Shown: one piece after another, positions 10,701 through 18,153 of the stretch
How positions within the stretch are numbered: position 1 is the first letter of the stretch
How the letters are laid out: each line of letters starts with the position of its first letter
Translations under genes and position numbers: made by a program
Notes under the pieces: model-generated
The model's input: only the letters and a program-made list of their open reading frames with translations
Told to the model about the DNA's origin: nothing
The model's database searches: none
Source: Geosiphon pyriformis uo1
Lineage: Eukaryota > Fungi > Glomeromycota
Direction of reading: 5' to 3'
DNA length: 18,153 bases
Assembly (NCBI GenBank): GCA_016748015.1
Contig: JAAOMT010000494.1
Span: 1,093,534-1,111,686, forward strand

Positions 10701-11224
10701 AAAATACGAGGTGGCCGTTTTGTAACCGCAACACTATCATCTTCCGGAAGTGTCACCTTATTTTGAGAATAAAAATTTTGAAACTTTTTGGTCGTAGAAT
10801 TTATAATAGATATTAACTTATAATTACATCAAAAGTATAAGCCTCTCCGAACGGCAAGATCTTATGGGAGAATACATTTTTACGCCCTATATGAAATTCA
10901 AGAGCAGTTTTGGGACTTTAGCATTTTATTCAGTAATTTTGAATTCAATTCATTTAACTAGAACAGATTAAATACGGTTTAAAATTTACCGTCATAAACT
11001 GGCATTGCACCATTAAGAATTCCATCTCGATTCATTTCCTCGAAAATTGTATATACTTTGCGGTTCAATCCTGGCGGTACCTCAGGTTTTATAGTTACAT
11101 CATAATGAATAATGTTGTCTCTGGGAAGTTTTAAAACTTCAAAGAAGTTGGATCTAACGCGTATTTCTTTTCCTCTATTTCCAAAGCTTGGACGTCGCGC
11201 ACATTCGGTTATTTTTTCTTCCAT
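7730..11224 (-). CDS. AGO: Argonaute protein (N-L1-PAZ-L2-MID-PIWI), 14 exons, 841 aa
   Basis: Exons on the minus strand: 11224-10990, 10886-10828, 10756-10606, 10527-10375, 10303-9906, 9826-9650, 9562-9332, 9264-8886, 8814-8560, 8499-8323, 8242-8155, 8076-8013, 7949-7809, 7747-7730. Total 2526 nt, stop-free. Hallmark motifs: [134 protein letters not shown], and C-terminal MYFM*. Confidence 0.97.
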
Positions 11225-11848
11225 TCTGTCAAGTAAAAATTGTGTAATAAAATGTGGCGTTTATTTAACGAGTACCCCAAAAAACGGATCAAAAGAAAAA
11301 ATTTTTTTTTATTAATGACGGAAATTTTTAATAACTGGGGAGAGGAAGGCAATAAAGTTGTGGCATATACGCGTTGAGTTTTTCTTTTATATTAGCTTAT
11401 CTTAGATAATAAATCAGTTTCTCGCATGACCTCATTAGGAGTAAAAGCTCCCTATTCAAATATGATTTAAAGCTACATCTTTTGTAAGGTCACCATCTTA
11501 AATCAAAAAATAAAAGAGTGATATATTGATGATTTTGAGTTTTTCTTCATAAGACTCGGAATCAGTTGTTCAAAGGTTCATGTGGAAGAATATTCTTTTA
11601 TTTATCAATGTTTCCATTAATGAGATCTCTTATTAACATTTACGAAAAGCTTTGACGAAGATTTCTATACAAGACGATAATAGTTTGTAAACAAATTATT
11701 TCGATGTAAACCGGATTCAACAAACCTGCTTTATTTTAAATATAAGAGCCTATTTTTGTTTTTTAAACTCATTCTTAATTTATTAAATCTCGAGATTTCT
11801 ATTTTTTGAATAAAAGTTTATTTATTCTGTACCATATATATAGTAGAA

Positions 11849-11879
11849 TATACTACCGCTAAAAATATTGAAATAAATG
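11849..11879 (+). repeat. Possible left terminal inverted repeat remnant of the Tc1-like element
   Basis: TA-TACTACCGCTAAAAATATTGAAATAAATG lies about 200 bp upstream of the transposase ATG and resembles Tc1-type TA|CACTACCG.. termini. No convincing partner TIR was found; there is only a weak ATTTATTCC at 12471. Confidence 0.3.
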
Positions 11880-12058
11880 CAGCTTTCTTTTTGAATAGTA
11901 GTTTTAGAAAATTTGCTTCACAAAAACCAATTTAGTTTTACCGATTTTAGTTACATTGTGGCGAGGCCTACAGGAGTGAATGATAGGGTAAGTGGGTAAA
12001 TGATGATAATTTTTTTCGCCTGTTTTACTAACGCATTTTTTAAATATTTTCTCCCAAA

Positions 12059-12450
12059 ATGCCATCATCCAAGCAAGAAATACAGCAGCAGACAAATATA
12101 GCATGCTCCACTATCTATGATCTCCTTAAAAAACTTAAAGAAACGGGAACAGTGGAGCATATGGGTGGAAATGGTTAACCGCAAAAAAACATAGGAAATG
12201 TATCGTACGTGCTAGGACAGTAAATCTGTCAAAATTCTAGAATTTCAACAAAAACTTGGTCAACAAAGTTGTCAAAAAACGGATGCAAAAGTATCTTACT
12301 AAACAATCGGAAGGCATTTAAAAACCCTTGGATATTAAAAAAAAACTTTCTTTGGCCATATTAATGCTTACCAATAGGCATAAAAAAAAGTGCATAGAAT
12401 AGGCTTATCAACATTTGAATAGCAACGGGGATTGGACTGTTTTCAAACAT
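12059..12450 (+). mobile_element. Degenerate, truncated Tc1/mariner-type transposase (N-terminal HTH region; DDE domain lost)
   Basis: From ATG 12059: MPSSKQEIQQQTNIACSTIYDLLKKLKETGTVEHMGGNG*PQK..LGQ*ICQNSRISTKTWSTKLSK / AKVSY*TIGRHLKTLGY*KK / LSLAILMLTNRHKKKCIE*AYQHLNSNGDWTVF. This matches the Tc1 pattern STIY..L...ETG, G(R)P.K, VS..TI.R.L...G, P.LT..HK..R.(W)A..H....W..V.FSDE. It has 2 frameshifts and 5 stops, and ends just before the first catalytic Asp. Confidence 0.85.
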
Positions 12451-13877
12451 AAATGCAAAATTGTCCAAGTATTTATTCCTAAAAAACAACTTGTTTAATT
12501 ATATTTTTAACATTTTTTATCTTTTTTTTTGAATTTGTATTCTTTAGAATAACTTGAAAAGTAAGAGATTTGCTTTTTTAATTAAATAAACAATTGTTAA
12601 AAATAATTGATATTTATTATTGAACTTTAAAAGCACCAATTGAGACATAGAATTATAAAAACTGCTATTTTTTATTAATAATTATGAACCATTTTTTTAA
12701 TTTCAGATTTCTTTTAAAAAGATTAGCAATTATGAATTTGAGATTAATTATATTAATTAAATCACTTACATATTCAATTTTACTGTCTTGTTAAGATTTT
12801 TTTGATTAAATTTATATTACTTTTGGTTACTTTTATCTTTACTATCTATTAACTTGTCACTTTGATCTATAATAATACATAGTTTATATAATTTAGTGCA
12901 TTATATTATAATTATTTTTTGCAATCCAATTTTGTTGGCTTACACAGTATGTTTTTAAATATCATAAATTTTGTTAATATTTTTTTAACCAATAAAAATT
13001 CAAAATTTAAACAAAACTCTATGTTTACTAATATAAAATATCTTTCTGTTCTCATATTGACTTAATTTATGTAATCCATTATGAAATGCGCTGATAAGAT
13101 ATTTTCGTGTTATTTTATAACCATTGCGTCAACATTTAAATTTGGAAACTATTTTTCTACTGTTATAGCCTGTCATTATGGTCTGCTAGGGGATAAAAAT
13201 AGCATGACTTTCAGTTCATAAGGAAAACTGGTAAGAATAAGCATGTTTAAATGCCCAGAAAAACATTGAAATAACCGAAAATCGATTTTATATGCAGATT
13301 CGCTATTTACTCTCACATTTATACTAGGAGTGTGATTGGTAATGAAAAAAATCTGACCATATGGAAGCAGATTCAGAATTTTAAACATTTTCAATTATTG
13401 GTTTGACTTTAACTCAAGGTCTTCCAATTTAATCTGTCAAAAAAAATTATAAGTGATAATTCCCTCAATACTCTGCAGTTTATACTTGCTATTGTTAAAC
13501 TTATGAATCTCACAATAAAATTGCAATGTAGGTAAGACAAAAAATATCCCATAGCAGAAATCTCCCAGGATACCATTAAATCTAACTAATCATTCTGAAT
13601 AATTATTGTAACAAATTTGATACAAAATAAACTATTCATGTATTAAATGTTTAAATTCCTTCGATAAAATCTGATTTTTTTGTCATCCAGAATAAAATTC
13701 CGATAAAATTATCATTTGGCCTTGTTCCTGCCAATTGCAAAATTATTGCTTTCACTGTATTATGTTTGTGACTCATTACCCGAAATTAAGGCTCTTTTGG
13801 TATGAAACTTCAAATTTTGACAATTAAAAAAAAAACGAATTTATGGAAAAAAAATTCTTCGTTACTAGTGCAACTTT

Positions 13878-15566
13878 TCATTCATCGTGTTTCTTCAAAA
13901 ATTCTCTGGCAAAATCAACATAAGACACCCGAGTCAATCCCATCAAAACAGTATCAACAACGTCAGTCTTTAATAGAAACTCGATCGCAAACTCTTCAAC
14001 TCTTTTGTTTTCATCTTGTTCCAATTCTTTGAATCCACATTTATTAGTCAAGAAATCCCGGACCCTTTGGGAATCACGATATCGTACTTCAGCCTCAAAA
14101 GCTTCGAGAAAATTTCTAAGTGCAAAGAAAATTTCTGAATCTCCCCGAAATTGATTGATAACTGAAGTCAAGGCAGGCTGAGCTGATTCCCACCGAAAAA
14201 CGTTTTCAATTAGATGAAGCTTGTCGTCCAGTTGAGATACCCGATTTAGGGCAAGTTGTCTTATGTTTTTGAGACTTAGATCAGAATCATTTATTTGTGA
14301 TTTCAAATAGTCTATTGTTAATTTTTTTGCTTCTGCATAATTAGGGTTCGTATAGCTTGCAAGCCGAAAGCCTCGTTTATCAGTGAATGCATTCAAAGGT
14401 CGATTAATAAAAACCTCAAAAGTGAAAAATATTGTTGAGTGAGTTAAAATAATAGGATAAAAAAATGTTTCTGAGTAACTATTATCATAAGTTTACCTTT
14501 AACCCATTTTGTTTGGCCCATTTAGCTGTTGTCTTTAGTCCTTCTTGTTCTAGAAGATTCCCAGGTAATTGAACAGCCTTAAACCCATGCTCATTTGTCC
14601 CTCGCACGCGCCGCGATGCTTTTTTAGCCCTGTCAATAAGGTCACCATAAGGTAGGAAGTGTTTGTCATCTCGTTTGAGCGAAAAGCTATTAGAACTGAT
14701 CCCATAAGAGCGAATTTGATCTTTGGATATAGCTTCTTCCAAAGCTTCAAAAGTTTCTCCGATGCGATTAAGCATTTCTTTTTGTGCCGCTTGAAATAGA
14801 CAATCCAATTAGTATTACAAAACCATATTGTGATCTTTTAAGATTAATAAAGCTAGAAGCCAACTTTTAATTTTGTCGGCACTATCGCCATCATCAATTT
14901 GGTGAAGCAAAAAATATTCAGGATTGTGAATGAACAAAAGATCCAAGTAATGGCTTCCAGTCCTTTTCAAAGACCGATGGAGCTGATCCCTATCATATCA
15001 AAGAAAGTTTAATCCTTGTCAAGATAATCTTTGAGAATATGAACTCACATACCGCATAAATTCTGGATGAATGCAATGATAGCAATTCAGGGCATATTTA
15101 ACAATTTGATCTTCAGGAATATTCTAAAGCCAAATTATGGGAAATTAGGGATAACTCACATAGTTTAAAAGCTTCAACTTATCAACCTTATATTGCCCTT
15201 CGTAATACAATTGCATATTTGTACCCTGAATATAGCCAAACTTCGACATCAAAACTATTTCGCTACGAGACAATGTATCTTTTTGAGGACTTTGAAGAAC
15301 CTAAATTCTTAAAAAACATGATTTCTTGTCGTCGTAGAGCCCACCTCCAACTCTCAGCATTGTAAATAAATTGAGGGTACCTTTCCAACTAGCATCTCAC
15401 TGCCGCCGTCTCCATAATTAGTTGAAGTATCAATCACATTGATGATTCCTTTGCCGTCAAGTTGTTTTTGGAAAGCTTTATAAATCGCTTGTTCATGCTC
15501 GGGAATTCCATGAGTCATGCGGTACATTCCAAGACCAATGCGTGAGAGTTTAGAGATCGCAACCAT
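13878..15566 (-). CDS. Aldo/keto reductase family oxidoreductase, 6 exons, 441 aa
   Basis: Exons on the minus strand: 15566-15381, 15300-15187, 15123-15053, 14989-14865, 14789-14497, 14414-13878. Total 1326 nt, stop-free. AKR motifs: SRIGLGMYR, VIDTSTNYGDGGSE (catalytic D, Y), MSKFGY (K), LDLLFIHNPE (H), IRSYGISSN, AVQLPGNLLE, INRPLNA, VDTVLMGLTRVSYV. Confidence 0.9.
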
Positions 15567-16060
15567 TTTGCGGATCGATACTTAACAAAGTGAGAAATTA
15601 ACGGAACTCTTTTATCCTTTCCCTGAAACCCATCGCATGTGATCACCGTAAAATTTTTGTCATGATCATATAAATATTACTACATTGGAATTATGATTTT
15701 ATGATCTGCTGTTGCTACTAAATGAGAAAGTAAAACAATCGAAGAAACACTCTGAACGATAATACTCTTTGATCCTTTGATTACCCTAAAGTTTTTCATA
15801 TGTAGTGCTGGAAATATTCTTATGTTTTTTTCAAAGCTAAATATTAATACTAAGAAAATTTCAGCTTATTCTGTGATTGAAAAGAAACTTATTAAATAAA
15901 TTTAAGTTCTAATTTTATTTTTAAAAGAAATAATTTTCTTGGTATTATTAAATTAACCAAAAATTCCTCAGCAATTATAATAAAAAAGTCTTAATATTTA
16001 AAAATTTGTACTTTAATATTATCTTTTTAAAAATTAACTTACTTTATTATAAATAATTTT

Positions 16061-16083
16061 ATTATTATTATTATTATTATTAT
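16061..16083. repeat. (ATT)n microsatellite
   Basis: attattattattattattattat. Confidence 0.85.
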
Positions 16084-18153
16084 AGATTAAAGTAAGTGTA
16101 TGATAAAATTTTATGTAAATAAAAAAATTTCAAATTTAATGAAATATATATTGCTAAAATGGATTAAAATAAACTAAATGTATTAAAAATCAATTATTTC
16201 TGTTCAAATGGTTGCAATCAGTTTTATACCTAATTTTTATATATTACAATAATTATGTGTTATAATTGATTAATTGATATTCAAAATCAAAAATTTTGAT
16301 TTAAAAAACACTAATTGTGAATTAATAATATTAAAAATTGATGATTTATTTGCAATTCAGGATTAATGTTAAAAATAAATAATAATAATAGTTTCTTCGA
16401 TTTACCTTCTTTTATACATAGCTAATTAATGAAGTCTCTGTGAAATTGTTCGTTATACAAATATAACTCAAAGATTTTCACTTAATTAATTTTAACTTTA
16501 ATAAAAATTCAATTTTTTATTTTTAGTGAACTAAAAAGAATCAAATGAATAGTTACTAAAAATTATTTGCTACTATTAATAATATAAACAAATATATTCT
16601 TGTTATTTATAATAAGCTATGAATATGATATTCTTAAAGTAAAAAGTGCTTTCAATTAAAGAATTTTTTGCGCCTTCCTTCTTTAAACATTTTGTCATAT
16701 TAAATTTTTAAACCCAAAACCTTGGTGATATACAGAAACTTTGAATATTACTAATTAGGGGGCCAATCAAAAATTGGGAACAGAAAAAAGGTCACGAGAT
16801 TGAAATATCGAAAAATGAATAATCTTTACATTTACACTTTATTTTTATAAGATTTTTTAGAAGGTAATATAAATCTTGCTATTAAAATAACTCGTTTGTC
16901 TAAAATATCTTTTTAAACATGAGTTTTATCTAGTTAAATTTTATTGAATAGTTAATTCGGCAGCAGATATTTAAAGATAGGAATATTTAAAACATAAGTT
17001 TGTAAAGGAATTTGTATTAGTTTCCATTACTTACTTTGAAAATTGCAAAAATTCAATATTTTAATTCTGAAAAGATACTTTAAAGCTCATTTATAATTAC
17101 CCATTTTAAAGAAATCGACAATCCGAATTTTTGAAATATATATATTAACACTAATTTCTGAAACAATTAATAATATCATATCATGAAAGTCAAACATTAA
17201 TGCTAAAGAAACTCTCTTTATAATTGATTAATAAATTTTTTAATTCAAAGTGCTTTGGAACTTGTGATTATTATGATGATTATCATTGCTTACTTAAAAT
17301 GTTAATACACTTTGATAGTTTTCCAATAATTAAATTAGCAGATATTATTGTTGATTTTAATAACTGTAAGATCACTTTTATTACTTATAATTAATTTTGT
17401 GAATTGCAATTTATAATTTATTAACTATACTATACAGTCATGTAATGATCCCGATTGGACTCTTAAATTTGCATAAGCATTAAGTTCTAGGTGGTCTTTT
17501 GGGCTTATACTACGTTATGCGTTATTATCTGAAATTCTTCCATTATAGAATGAATGAAAATCAAAACTTCACATACAAGAGTACCTTGCAAAGCCTCAGT
17601 AGTATACTTGTCATAAATATCTATCATATTTTAACATATATCCCTTCAAATAAACAGTTAAAGAAATAATTGACAAAAAAGCCCAAAATAGTGATATTTT
17701 GGCTTATTTTGCAACACATTATCATGTAATTAATATCTTGAAATTATTTTCAAAGAATTTAAAGACGTATAGGATTTAATGTTCATAATATGCAAAAACT
17801 CATTTTGAAAGTTTTTAGTATTGGATTAAGTAAATGAGCGCATCTTAAATTCTGAAAGATAAGCAATTGACAAGCTTTCATCTCTGCGTTCGAATATATA
17901 TATGATTTTATGAAACATGGTGGATGGACACATTTAATGATTTCAGTTAAGAATAATTATATTCAATACAGTTGAGCTTCTCTATTTTTTATTATTTTTC
18001 ATTTTTTAATTCGCGATTTTTATTTCTAGAGAAAGAATTAGTTCAAACTGGAGCCACAATCAATATAAAATAAATATAGATAGAATAGTATTCATCCAGT
18101 TTCAAAAGAAGGTTATGTTTTATCAATCTCTTTAGTTTTGAGCTTTATCAAGG

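Noticed and set aside
8944-11315. Plus-strand ORFs antisense to Argonaute
   Set aside because: Shadow ORFs of a conserved coding strand.
12924-12949. TIR-like end ATCCAATTTTGTTGGCTTACACAG-TA
   Set aside because: No inverted partner in the window, and it does not match the candidate left end at 11849.
13176-13394. 72-aa minus-strand ORF
   Set aside because: No recognisable similarity in the frames examined, and it begins at a non-ATG codon.
7730-15566. Prokaryotic Argonaute defence-operon interpretation (AGO with a neighbouring enzyme)
   Set aside because: All genes have spliceosomal introns and the AGO is a full eukaryotic-type protein. The AKR is 2.6 kb away, with a transposon relic in between.
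16757-16815. GC-richer patch TAGGGGGCCAATCAAAAATTGGGAACAG...GGTCACGAGAT; also TACAGTCATG at about 17432
   Set aside because: These could be orphan transposon termini, but no partner repeat, target-site duplication or coding remnant is visible.
17683-17702. Hairpin CCAAAATA-GTGA-TATTTTGG
   Set aside because: An 8-bp AT-rich stem is expected by chance at this base composition.

Overview
Very AT-rich eukaryotic DNA with short GT-AG introns (60-141 nt). It is most likely an early-diverging fungus such as Glomeromycotina/Mucoromycota (inferred from composition, intron size and gene style). Manual splicing gives three intact multi-exon genes. (1) A + strand 5-exon gene (327-3113, 802 aa) of unknown function, with a disordered S/T/P-rich N-terminus and a C-terminal Elongin BC-box-like motif plus an LRRC58-like Cys cluster. 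(2) A - strand 14-exon Argonaute (11224-7730, 841 aa) with an intact DEDH tetrad but a human-AGO1-like proline in the RDGVPEG segment. (3) A - strand 6-exon aldo-keto reductase (15566-13878, 441 aa). The intergenic DNA holds a decayed Tc1/mariner transposase upstream of the Argonaute, a decayed coding relic downstream of it, a patterned 7/14-bp minisatellite and several microsatellites. Both relics have stop codons consistent with C>T/G>A decay. No multi-gene system can be demonstrated from the sequence alone. The best novelty candidates are the architecture of gene 1 and the Argonaute PIWI substitutions.
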